A stretch of DNA of 64,000 bases, from positions 1,470,092 to 1,534,091 of the forward strand of contig NW_003314271.1 of assembly GCF_000143415.4 (NCBI RefSeq), given 5' to 3'. The position numbers and the translations under genes were made by a program. The DNA is from Selaginella moellendorffii. Lineage: Eukaryota > Plantae > Lycopodiophyta. Positions 38,447 to 50,229 of the stretch are shown here, in pieces (positions within the stretch are counted from its first letter, which is position 1; each line of letters begins with the position of its first letter). The notes under the pieces are model-generated. The model was not told the DNA's origin and searched no databases. It saw only the letters and a program-made list of their open reading frames with translations.

Positions 38447-41400
38447 ATGGCACAACTGCTCATGAAAAGGAAGGGTGACTTCCTAGTGGACTCTGTAATG
38501 GATTGTTTGGGATAGAGGCGATGACACTATATGGCACTTTGAAGGTGTCGCAAATGTGACTTTGGGTATTGAAAGATACTTGTCGACCAATCCTTATGGA
38601 CACTCTTTCCTTTCTATTGCGACAGCAGGAGGTTGGTATTACTAGTCCCTTTTATGGTCTTCACCCAAGCTAGTTGAGAAGCTGGTCAGCACATGTGCAC
38701 TTAGACCAGAAGGGCACTAAGAAAGGAAATCCTAAATTGTTATTAAGTCAAGCATACTTGATATGATGATAAGAAACTCATGTTGTTGACTTGCACTTGT
38801 TAGTGTTGGAAACCCCCTTGATATTGAGTTTAGTCCCTCAATATCGTTATATGATAGCTTACCATGTCTACCATCATATAAAGATATTGAGGGATTAGAC
38901 TCAATATCAAGGGGGTTCCTAACACTAACAAATGCAAGCCAACAACATGAGTTTCTCATCATTGTGTCAAGTATATTTGACTTAATGACAACTTAGGATT
39001 TCCTTCCTTCATGCCCTTCCAGTCTAAGTGCACATGTGCTGACTAGTTTCTCAACTAACTTGGGTGGAGACCATAAAAAGGACCAGTAATACCAACCTCC
39101 TACTGTCGCAACAGAAAGGAAAGAGTGTCCATAAGGACTGGCCGACAAGTATCTTTCGATACCCAAAGTCACATTCGCGACAGAAGGCTAGACTACAAGA
39201 TCCAGCGTGTATTTGGTCACACATGCGAGCAAGGCAAAGTGTTGGGTATCAGTAGAATTGCGATGGAGGCCATCATCCATGAGAAGCCCACATCCTATGA
39301 AGAGCACTACGAAGGTATTTGGGACGACAACCTCACTTACACCAACATTCGCCTTTGCATCGACGACTACAAGAGGGTGCCAACAACGATCGAAGCAATC
39401 TCGGAAGAGCTCCAGCAGCAGCAGAAACAATAGCAACCACAAGAGATGCCATTATTTAGCAGACATCTGATCAAGTACATAAGGTTAGGCATGATACCCC
39501 ATGAGATTCAAGGGCATGGCCCAGGATCGAGAAAGTTTCGGCAGGAAATGGTCTCTTGGGTGGAGCGAGACTTGTTTGGCGGTGTTGGATCGCTAGAGAT
39601 GCAGGCATGGCTAGTGTTTGATGCGCAGATGTTGGCACATGAGTGGGAGTTGGTGTTGAGGAGTTTCAACAAGTCTAATTCGTTGGATAGATTGCTGCGG
39701 ATGGACACGAATTGCTCACCTAATATTGAATTCGATGACAAGATGAGTCATGAGGATTTTGATCAAGAGACTTATGATGAACTTGTTGAGGACTTGGAAG
39801 CTACAAAGATGGTGGCGTAGAATGGTGGCTTCAACAAGATTTGAACCTGGCCAGGGAACGCGTGCAAGGATCTCTTCAACTTTCAGGTGGGGGGTGTGGA
39901 GGAGATCATCAAGCGATATGGTGAGCTCAAATTCAAACCCAAGAGAAACGATGAATATGACGACAACGTTGAGGATGACTTCAGCCTAGGCAAGCACCCA
40001 AATAAGCAACAAGTGAAATACAAGATGACCAAGAGAGGTCTGCGACCTCTCAGAAGAAGCTCAAGCGCGAGCAAGAATAAGAAGTAAGGTTAGATCCAAT
40101 GCTGTGACTCCCAGCAGTCAATAGGGTCCACTTTCTTCAACACATGTCTCTCACGAAGCTAGCAAAAGACAAGGACGACTTCCTAGGAGCAAGTGCCACC
40201 CTCCATTCTCCTACTTTCTTGGGCAGAAAACTACCATGCAAGTGTTGAGGATTTCCTCACTGGAGCTGGAGCACCTTTTCTATCTAATGTATATATTGTT
40301 TGATAGAAAGATAGACTAATGATGCAAGATGGTTCACTGCTGTGTTTACCTTTCCAAACAATAGTGATTGATGGATGCTAGAATTGATGCTTTACGATGG
40401 GTAATTAACAGTTATTTTTCTTTCAAAATCTACAGATACTCAGACCGCATTTAATGGTGTGGAGGAGTCGCAGCATTAAATCTAAAACCCTCCACACAAG
40501 ATCGGAAATACCAAGGCTAGTGTATGCAGTGAACGTGTAGGAAATTTTTCTTTTTTCTTTCTTTTCAATCTCTAGAGAGGCTCATGCACTCATGATGTTG
40601 AGATGATGATTAAGTTCAACTCACTAGCGGGATTTAAGAGTCCCCAACATCATCGGATATCGATTGAAGTTTGATCGAGTTCTTCTCAAGTCATGACAAG
40701 TCATCCACGTTGAATCACCCCCAAAAAATTTTTGTACACTACCAACTAGTTTTTTTCTCTCAAACAACAGCAGTAGTGGCCAAAATCAAAAGAGAGATCA
40801 TAGCAAAAAAGCCAAGCATCTCTCCTTCTCATGTTCCATTATTTTCTTTCTGACGCTATAGATCAAGGAGGATGTGAGAGAAATGCAAGCAAGCTAGGAG
40901 AGGAACAATTTCAAGGATTTGCTTGGATGAGGAAAGTTTGGTGTCGTCACGCTGGAGTTAGCCACACAAGCTCGGCCCTGGATCAGTCGGGCAGCCTCTC
41001 CAGCACTGCTTCTTCAACGATGCTTGCGGCGATGGAACTTTTCCAGCATCCAAAATGTGCTTGACAAGCGAGGCTGCACTCACAACAAGAGTTGATTTCC
41101 CCTTCAAAGAACTGCTATCATAACAAAACTCTCAACTTATAGCTTGCAACCAAACCGAATCCCCTCTCGGTTGCCTCGATGCAATAATCGTGTTTGCTTT
41201 GCTTTTGCTAGAGCTGCTTTGCCTAGTTGAAATATCAAACAAAGAGAGATGACAAGCCGCACCTCCTTTGTTGTGTATCTGCAATTTTGACTGTCGTGAT
41301 CCACTCATAAATTCTCGACCACCACAGCCAGTTGCTCTCCTAGAAGTAGAAAAGGAATTATGAGCAAGAAGTTGCACTCCACCAGCTTGCATTCTAGTCT

Positions 41401-42830
41401 CAAGTTCCACTTGCAAGACACAACAAATTATAATTTCAACAATCGGATAGAACTATCTGAAGTTACCTAAAGCTCAAATCAATCTCTAGGCATGAATCAT
41501 CGAGAGAACATTGCACTGGGGAGCTGGGGTGAGAAAGATCATCTTAGCATGCTCCAACTCTCCAAGATTAGAGAAACATCCAAGCAGCTGCGACGGCATT
41601 CTCTCTAAGATCGTGCTCATATCTCGGCCGCGACAAACAGATTCCACATCGCATATGCAATCTAGGTACCTTCAAACAAAAGACTTCACTCACTCAAGAA
41701 CAAGAACATCGCAAGGGAACTCCTGGAACTTACAATCAGCATAACCTAGGGCTACTTCTCAACCTAGTGGATGCGCGCAACGATTGTAGCTTCTTCCTTG
41801 TGGGAGCAGGGAGAAGCCTCTTCCTAACCTGGTGGACGCAAGCAATGGCTGCAGCTTCTTCCAGCTCTACAAGAGCCCTAAAGATTTGAGCTTGGCCTTG
41901 ATCTTTTGCTTGCTCGACCTTGCTTGTTCTCTCTCTCTTTTGCGCATCAGGGTGGAAAATGCAAAGTGCTGGGAAGCAATTCAGAGTAGGGAGATCGTTG
42001 CTCTCACGGATCATAAATGCCTCAAAACATGCCCAGAAGGGACATCCGTAGCAAGTACTTGAAGTGATGGGAGGACCGGAGGAAAAGCCATCTGGCTCTG
42101 GAATGCAATGATCCAAATGTTGACAATGTCTAGGAACTTTGACGAGGCCATGGAGATGTTTAGGATGATCCCGAAACACCGAGATGAAGTGTCATGGAAC
42201 TCCTTGGTCACTGCATTTGCCTTCAAGGGGGATTTTGAGGCAGCATCAAGCTTGTAGTCCAAAATGCCCAAGACACTTCATTGTTTTCTAACTGTAGAGA
42301 CATGGCAATCACATGTTCTTGCTACCACAGCCCTCTGCTTTTGGAGCATTATCAGCTAGGGGGAAGCTAGAATGTATGCCATCATGAGAGAATATTTGAA
42401 AGTGATGGGGGTGCCTAAGTGGACGATTGTCCAGGTTGTAGCCCCGATGGGGCAAAGGAAGCATAGCAAAAATATTGAGATTTTTTAAGATTATTTTCAA
42501 TGTTGCAAGAGCAATGCCAACATGGCCCAACACCAACAACTTTGGGATGTTTTAGCTAGCGAGACTCATCTGGATAATCATCATCACTTGTTGATTTTTT
42601 TGGATGCACTATTTCTTGTTGCATCTACAAGTGTGTTTAGTGATAATGTCAGGAAGCTCAACCAAAAGGTAATGAAATTGCGAAGGCTTCAAAATGCTTT
42701 TGCACATTGCACGGAGGTGATCCAAGCACGAAACTAGACACTCTAGGCGGCACTCTAGAAGCAAAACCAAGCACTCTAGGCGACACTCCAAGGGCAAAAC
42801 CAGGCACTTCATGCAGCACTCTAAAGGCAA
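38447..42830 (+). repeat. Tandem unit copy 3 (3'-truncated; carries the foldback insertion)
   Basis: Collinear with 33617-~37220. Confidence 0.9.
38546..39182. mobile_element. 637-bp palindromic (foldback) non-autonomous element with TG...CA ends and 5-bp TSD
   Basis: Arms 38546-38857 and 38871-39182 pair in register without indels (~33 mismatches, nearly all transitions). TSD GAAGG at 38541-38545 and 39183-39187. The insert is absent from copy 2 (~33735). Confidence 0.92.
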
Positions 42831-42856
42831 AATTAAGCGATTGGATTAGAAAGTGA

Positions 42857-43941
42857 CCCCTTCTTTCATCCCTGGAATGTCTGGTTTCACCCCTAGAGTA
42901 CCTCAGTGCAGTGAGCAAAGATCTTTTGCAGCCTTCTTAACTCCTCTAGCTTGAAGTCGAGCTGTCTCACGTCATCACCAAACACTTTCATAGATACACA
43001 AAGAAAGAGAGTGTCCAGGAAAACAAATGAGTGATGACAATTGTCTGGACAAATCCCACTGGCTAAAAGCTGCCAAAAGTGTTAGTGTTAGGCTTTGAAG
43101 GCACTGCTCTTGCAGCATTGGAAGTAATCCTTAAGAGTCTCAATTGACTTCTTCCTTTTCACCTTTCTTGGGACAATGGCCTGAACAATCCTCCACTCAA
43201 GCACTCACATCACTTTCAAATCCTCTCTCATGACAATGTATATCTTGGCTTTCCCCCAACTGAGAATGCTCCAAAAGCAAAATGCCGAGGTAGCAAGCAC
43301 ATGGCATTGCTAGGTCTCTGCCATCAAGAGTCTTGGGCATCTTGGATTGCAAGCTTGAAACTGTCTCAAAATCCCTTTCAAGGCAAATGCTGTGATTAAA
43401 GAGTTCCAAGAAACTTCATTTTGGTGTTTTGGGATCATGCTAACATATCCAAAGCCTCGTCGAAGCTCCTGGACTTTATCAACATTTGGATCATCGCATT
43501 CCAGAGCCAGATGGGGCTGTTTCTTGGATCCTCCCATCACTTCAAGCACTTGTTATGGATATCCCTCTTGGGCATGTTCCAAGACATTTATGATCTATGA
43601 GAGCAATGATTTCCCTGCTCTAAATTGCTTCCTAGTGCCCTACATTTTTCTCCTTGATGCGGAAAAGAGAGAAAGAGAGCAAGCAAGGTCGAGCAAGCAA
43701 AAGATCAAGGGCAAGCTCAAATCTTTAGGGCTCTTGCATAGCTGGAAGAAGCTGCGGCCGTTGTGTAAGTCCACCAGGTGGGGAAGAGGCTTCTCCGTGC
43801 TCCCACAGGGAAGAAGCTGCGGCCATTGCACATGTCCACCAGGTTGAGAAGAAGCCCCAGGTTATGCTGATTGTTAAGTTCCAGGAGTTCCCCTCACAAT
43901 GTTCTTGTTCTCGAGTGAGTGAAGTCTTCTATTTGAAGGTA
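42857..43941 (-). repeat. Inverted, more diverged copy of the PPR-fragment half of the tandem unit
   Basis: Reverse complement matches ~41666-42830 (EVSWNSLITAFALKG; GGAGTTCCCCTCACAATGTTCTTGTTCTCGAGTGAGTGAAGTC). Confidence 0.85.
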
Positions 43942-43959
43942 TGCAGGTTGCATACACAT

Positions 43960-44187
43960 GTGTGAATCGCTTCAACTTTCAGGTAGGGGGTGTGGAGGAG
44001 ATCATAAAGCAATATGGTGAGCTCAAATTCAAACCCAAGAGAAACAATCAATATGACAACAATGTTGAGGATGAATACAGCCTGGGTGAGCACCCAAATA
44101 AGCAGCAAGTGAAATACAAGATGACCAAGAGATGTGACCTCTCAAAAGAAGCTCGAGCTCTCCCAGCGAAGAAGAATAAGAAGTAAT
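43960..44187 (+). repeat. Fourth partial copy of the unknown ORF 3' end
   Basis: FNFQVGGVEEIIKQYGELKFKPKRN...KYKMTKR. Confidence 0.85.
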
Positions 44188-45102
44188 GATCCTGTATTTG
44201 TTCTTGAAGCCAACCATCTTGCATTTTTGGGCATCTTGGGCATCAAAAAAGCATATGTCGAACACTGGTGTAAAGGTGCACTCGGCCACAATCAACACGG
44301 GTGCCATCGCTGGCTTCACTGTGAGACTGACCTGCGTTGAATGAAGTGGACCCGACTGACTGACGGGTTGACTGGGAGTCACAGCATTGTCCTTCACTGC
44401 TGCGTATGTCTAGCATCCATCAATCACTATTGTTTGGAAGAGAATTAATCTTCACGATACAGATTTGATCCGTGTAACTGTTATTTATTTGGAGTATTCT
44501 TGGCTAGAAGGATACATGACTCTTTTGATGGACGCTCTAGTTCTCTCCTTTGTTTTGAAGGATTCAGTTCAGCTTCAATGATCGTCTCACGAGTCGCCAA
44601 CATTTGGATTGAAGTTTGCATGAATCATTCATTCACTTCCATGACCTCCTTATTTTCTTGTAGATGCAAAAATCCAGTTGTTGCATTCTTCTCAAGTCGT
44701 GACGGGTCATATGGCAACGGCTACAAAACGCTTTCAACTCTTAGAAGACGAAAAGTTTTGTGACGAACCAGTGAAGTATAAACGCATTACCGCTTCTCCT
44801 CGTCTTTACTTGACCAAAAAACTACAAGCTTCTCGTGTTCCATTAAGTTCTTTCTGAGCTACAGATCCAGAAGGATGTGAGAAATCTTCACAGTACAGCG
44901 GCAAACGCGAGCGATTCCAGACAAAAACCTCGGCTCCTTGCTCGGTCTCACCGGTACTTGGCGTGAAACCTTTCACAACGATGCTTGCGGCGGTGCCCCT
45001 CTCTTCGCATTTTCCAGCAGAGAGATTTCCAACAATGCCCAGCAAAAAATGCCACTCAGTTCTTCACCACTTTATTTTTTACTCTATGCATGGGTTTAGG
45101 TT

Positions 45103-46584
45103 ATGGCTGGAGTAGCAGCACCGGCATGGAGCGCGACGCTTTGGCCTCCGCAGCCTCGATGCAGCTCCCAGAAATCTCTGGCCCGGTCTTGCTTCTGTGC
45201 CGCCAGCGACGAAACGACATCGATCCTCAAGAATGTGAGTCATTCTTTCGATTGTCCGGCAGGCACTGTGAAATGCGATCGATCTTTCTTTCTTTTAGGA
45301 CTTTCGGCTGAGGACCTCAAGACAGGAGGATGACTCCGATGTTCTAATCGAATGCCGCGACGTCTACAAATCCTTTGGCGAGAAGCACATCCTCAAAGGA
45401 GCCAGTTTCAAGGTGTGGATTGAGCAGCATAGCGATTGTCACTCTCTAAATCCTTTTCTTTTTGTGCAGGTCCGCCATGGTGAGGCTGTGGGAATTATTG
45501 GACCTTCTGGAACAGGAAAGTCCACGATTTTGAAGATTATGGCTGGACTTCTTGTTCCTGACAAGGTTTCATCCGTTTTTTTTGGTATTTCTGATTAGCT
45601 CTTCCTCAATGTTCTTCAGGGAGAAGTTTTCATCCGAGGAGTAAGACGGGATGGATTAATCAGTGACCAAGATGTTTCCGGATTGCGAATAGGACTGGTA
45701 ACGTACTGAACTATGCCTTTACCGTCCGTGTATTATCGGCTTACGAGCTTTGCAGGTTTTTCAAAGCGCAGCGCTGTTTGATTCGCTCACAGTTCGAGAA
45801 AATGTCGGATTTATGCTGTAAGAAGCTGTGGTCGTTCTCTGTTTTCTGTCCGAGTACTTGACTTGATTGTTTTGGGCAGCTATGAGCGGCAAAGTCTTCC
45901 CAAGGAGAGAATCAACGAGCTAGTAAGGGACAGTTTGGCGTCAGTCGGGCTCAAGGTGCTCAATCCTTTTTTTTACGTTAATTCAGTGTTTGATGTGTGT
46001 TTTCTTGTTCAGGGAGTTGAAGAAAGGTTACCAGCCGAGCTCTCTGGCGGAATGAAAAAACGGGTGGCGTTAGCTCGCGCTATAATTTCAGACGAACGCG
46101 AGGAAACGAATGAACCCGAGGTTATTTTTTTCCTAGCATGATATTCGTAGATCAGAATTCTCCTTCACAGGTTGTCATGTATGACGAACCAACTGCTGGA
46201 CTTGATCCCATTGCTTCGACTGTTGTCGAGGATCTTATTCGGTCAGTACACATCAAAGGGCGTGATGCAAGAGGAAAACCTGGACAGATTACATCTTACG
46301 TTGTTGTGACTCATCAGCATAGCACGATACGACGCGCTGTGGACAGGTGATTTTTTTCTCGTTTCCACTTAGCTTGGACGATGACTAATGCTCGGTGTTT
46401 TAGACTACTTTTCTTGCACGATGGTAAAATCGTATGGGAAGGGGAGACTTCCAAGTTCGGTAACACTTCCAATCCTATAGTTCGTCAGGTTCGTGTCGAT
46501 TATTTTGGTCTTTGATTGAGTGAGTTGGCCTTGTTTATGTTACAGTTCGCGGAGGGCAGCTTAAATGGCCCAATTCAGTATTGA
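45103..46584 (+). CDS. TGD3: Chloroplast ABC ATPase TRIGALACTOSYLDIACYLGLYCEROL 3 (ABCI13/NAP11), multi-exon
   Basis: Transit-peptide-like exon 1, then DVLIECRDVYKSFGEKHILKG, Walker A GPSGTGKST, VFQSAALFDSLTVRENVGF, LSGGMKKRVALARAI, YDEPTAGLDPIASTVVEDLIRSVH, VVTHQHSTIRRAVDR, NPIVRQFAEGSLNGPIQY*. Confidence 0.95.
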
Positions 46585-47240
46585 TTGGTTTCAATCCTTC
46601 CAGAAATAAAGTTCTGCGTCACACATCCACGGGCAGGCTCATTCCTGGAGGCTTCCTCACGCCACAGAGCAGCTACTTGTTCTCGGTTACCGCAGCACTG
46701 GAAGATGGTTTCGAAGGAAAGGGAAGAAAGGAGTGGCTTTGAAAGCCTCGACTGCTGAATGCCAGCAGACTGCCGAGACCATTACGTTGGACAGTAGACA
46801 ACTTCGTACAGACAGCGCAGAGAAAGGCATGGTTTTAATCATCTCCTCGGCCTTGGACAACCGGCCAGCTTGTCCCAAGCACAGGACGCTCGGGCATCTC
46901 CAGGAAGAGGGACAGTGCTCGGTCGACGTCCATGCCGACAGCATACGCTTGCAGGAGAGCGGTCCAGGGTCCAGGAGACGATGTTCTTTCCGGCATGCTG
47001 TCAAACACTGCTCGAGCCTCGGACAAAAGTTTGTGCTGCGATCATGGCTGTCAAGGAGACAACGCTGTGCTGCGGCATTCTCGACGGCCGGAGCCGCCAA
47101 GATGCCCGAGCACGGCCTGGTTCCCTCCACTGCCATTGACACTGAGTCTGCCGCGGAGGAATGTAGTTTCCTCGAACACGATGATCGACGCAGCAGCGGC
47201 GGCGGCGGCAACACCCAGTGACGCTCGAGAGTTTTCGAAG
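46585..47240 (-). pseudogene. Deleted and scrambled duplicate of the PPR gene at 48368-50161
   Basis: 46585-46690 matches 48333-48460 with deletions; further patches match 48560-49110; 47090-47230 lies in inverted orientation. Confidence 0.85.
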
Positions 47241-48367
47241 GTAAACATGGGTTCCTCCAAGAGCTTTCGTGGAGTGGGGTCTTCTGCCATCGGCAAAGAT
47301 TCAAACAAGGTACCGTGAATGGGCATATGCCACCAATCCTTCCAAACCCTTCATGTTATTTGTTTCACGACCATTGCATGCATTTGCGTTAAAAAGTTTA
47401 GATGCCGCACCGCGCCATCTAAAGCCGGCCCCGCTGGGAGCACAAAAGGTGTGATCCCGAACAAGATGTTTTACCTGGCACCTCTCTTTCTGGTTGCTGC
47501 CATTGGTGCTATTGGGGGGCAGCCAAAGCAGGAGAAGCCAACCAACCCAAACTGCCAAGGCAAATTGCTGTGATGTTTACTGCTGCCGTTCTGAAATAGA
47601 ACTCCTGAGATTCCTCTTCTCCTCTTGGCTACTGGTAATCGCTCCCGCTTGTGCTTGATCATGTTGGAATGAAACGAGATCCCTCTGCTCCTCTTGGCCA
47701 CAGATAATCGCTCCGGGCAGGAATCGGTTGGTGGGCTCTTTTGAATGAAAGCGATTCTTGAAACGTGCATTGGAGCAATTCGAGTCTCAAGAATCAGATT
47801 CTGGGCGTTCCCATTTTTTTCATGATTTTATCTCTTGTCGATTCCATTAGCTAAAGAAACAGCAGCGCGAATAAAGCACGGGGAGCACACAAACTATTCA
47901 CAGACGTCCTACAAGCAACAAGTAAGCGACAGCCTCCAGATGCGCAGCTCGGTAATCTCTTCCTCAGGATCCAAAAGGTTTAAACTAGATTCATGAATGC
48001 GCTTCCATATTGAATAGATTTTTTTCGATAAAGAGTTATCCCTGGCAGCGACTAAGCACTGTGCACTCATGTTGAATAAAATGGACTAGTTGACTAGGAG
48101 ATTACACACAAGCTTCAAGATTTGTCTCACGCCACCAACACTGGATTGAAGTTTGATCAAATTTTTTTCTTTCTTTTTTGTAGATGCAAAAGGGATGCCG
48201 TGCATGGCATCCAGGTCAACTTTTATAAGAAGAATCTCGAGAGGAGCAGCAGCGGGAATGCGTTCACTTGTGACAAGAGAAAATTCCCTGCGAGTCGGTG
48301 CAGTGTACAAAACTTCTTTTGTGGTGTTCCAATTTGGTTTCAATCCTTCCAGAAATAAAGTTCTGCG

Positions 48368-50161
48368 TCACACGTCCACGGGCAGGCTCATTCCTGGAGG
48401 CTTTCTCACGCCCTTGTCCTTCATCGCCTCCCACAAAGCGGCTACTTGTTCTCGGTTACCAGTAGAGGCATGGATATTAGCGAGCAAAACATAAGGTGAA
48501 CTGTTACCTGGGTCCAACGCAATGAGCCCCTCAGCTGCTCGGCCTCCGAATTGAGCATTACGTTGGACAGTAGACGCACCGAGAAGAACTTCGTACTGCG
48601 CAGACTCAGGCACGAAAGGCATGGTTTTGATCAGCTCCTCCGCCTTGGACAGCCGGCCAGCTCGTCCGAGAACGTCAACCATGGCATAGTAATGCTCCTT
48701 TTCGTGCTGGACGCCGTGATCAACGACCATCGACGAGAAGTAGTCCCGGCCCTTGTCCAGGCAGCCGCCATGGCTGCAAGCACCGAGGACAATCGTGAAG
48801 CTGATCTCGTTTGGCCTGCTTCCGTCCAAGAGCATGCGGTGGAACGTTTCAATGGCCAGCTGAAACTCTCCCGACTGAGCACAGGCTCCAAGCATCGAGT
48901 TCCAGGAAACCAAGTTACGCTCCGGCATCTCCTCGAACAGGGACAGTGCTCGGTCGACGTCCATGCCCAGAGCATACGCTTGCAAGAGAGCGGTCCAGGA
49001 GACGATGTTCTTCTCCGGCATGCTGTCAAACACTGCTCGAGCCTCGGACAAGAGTTTGTGCTGCGACAAGGCGACGATCATGGCTGTCCAGGAGACAACG
49101 CTGTGCTGCGGCATCCTCGACATCACTTCTCGAGCGTCACTGGGTGTTGCCGCCGCCGCCGCCGCTGCTGCGACGATCATCGTGTTCCAGGAAACTATGT
49201 TCCTCCGCGGCATTAGATCGAAGACTTCCTTAGCATCGGCGGAGCGGCCGTTCTGGGCGAAGGCAGTGACAATGGCAGTGGAGGGAACGAGGCCGTGCTC
49301 GGGCATCTTGCGGAAGAACTCGGCGGCTCCGTGAGGATCTCCGGCCTGCCCGAGAGCCACCATGGTCGCCGTCCACAGCACGACGTTCTTCTCGCGAGAG
49401 TTTTCAAAGATAAACTTGGCCTCCTCCCAAGAGCTTGTCAAGCCGTACGCCGTGATCATCGCGCTGGCTGAGACAACGTCGTGGCTGGGCATCTTTCCGT
49501 ACAGCTCCTTGGCTTCTTCAAAGTGCCCACATTGGGCATATGCGTGGATCATAGGACTCCAAGACGTGATATCTCTCTCGGGCATTAGATCGAAGAGTAC
49601 TTTTGCGTTTGTGGATTGGGCTATTTGGCAGTAGCCAGTGATAATCCCATTCCAAGACACAACGTTACACTGTGGCATCCTTTGAAAGACAGCCTTAGCG
49701 ATTTGCAAATCCCCGATTTGGGCATTTGCTTGGATTAGGGTATTCCAAGATACTATGTTTCTGTGGGGCATAGAATCGAAGGTCTCTTTTGCGTCGATCG
49801 CGCGGCCGCATTGCGCGTAGGCCGCAAGAATCGCATTGGTAGCGACTGGATCGCGCGCTGGCGCCAGGTCGTGGATCGATCTTGCTTCTTCCAGGTGCCC
49901 ATTTTGGGCAAATGCGGCAACGAGGATGTTCCAGGAGAAGAGATTGCGGCAGGGGATGGAATCGAAGGCCTGGCGCGCCGATTCGACGCTGCTGCATTGG
50001 GCGTAGCTCGCGACGACGAGATTTCGCAGGAATGTGTTGCCGCGGTGGCTGGTGTGGAGGATCTGGGCGTGGAGCTGCCGGATGCGCAGAGTGTTCTTGG
50101 CGTTCTTGAGGAGGTGGGCGAAATAGTCTTGCTCCTTGAGAGCCTGGGCCCTGTAGCTCAT
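48368..50161 (-). CDS. PLS-class pentatricopeptide repeat protein with tandem S motifs and C-terminal E domain (candidate organellar RNA-editing factor)
   Basis: 597-aa intronless ORF; repeated MP.RN.VSWN motifs; HYYAMVDVLGRAGRLSKAEELIKTMPF; SSPYVLLANIH...GVRKPPGMS. Confidence 0.93.
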   Translation of the reverse strand: MSYRAQALKEQDYFAHLLKNAKNTLRIRQLHAQILHTSHRGNTFLRNLVVASYAQCSSVESARQAFDSIPCRNLFSWNILVAAFAQNGHLEEARSIHDLAPARDPVATNAILAAYAQCGRAIDAKETFDSMPHRNIVSWNTLIQANAQIGDLQIAKAVFQRMPQCNVVSWNGIITGYCQIAQSTNAKVLFDLMPERDITSWSPMIHAYAQCGHFEEAKELYGKMPSHDVVSASAMITAYGLTSSWEEAKFIFENSREKNVVLWTATMVALGQAGDPHGAAEFFRKMPEHGLVPSTAIVTAFAQNGRSADAKEVFDLMPRRNIVSWNTMIVAAAAAAAATPSDAREVMSRMPQHSVVSWTAMIVALSQHKLLSEARAVFDSMPEKNIVSWTALLQAYALGMDVDRALSLFEEMPERNLVSWNSMLGACAQSGEFQLAIETFHRMLLDGSRPNEISFTIVLGACSHGGCLDKGRDYFSSMVVDHGVQHEKEHYYAMVDVLGRAGRLSKAEELIKTMPFVPESAQYEVLLGASTVQRNAQFGGRAAEGLIALDPGNSSPYVLLANIHASTGNREQVAALWEAMKDKGVRKPPGMSLPVDV

Positions 50162-50229
50162 CGGCTGACGCGTGGCGGTCGTTTGTTGGCTGGCATTCTC
50201 ACTTAAACCCTATCGCATTTTTGTTTACA

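Noticed and set aside
47330-47770. Minus-strand ORF with duplicated ERL.VAKR.RGIS peptide
   Set aside because: No recognisable family or gene structure that I can support
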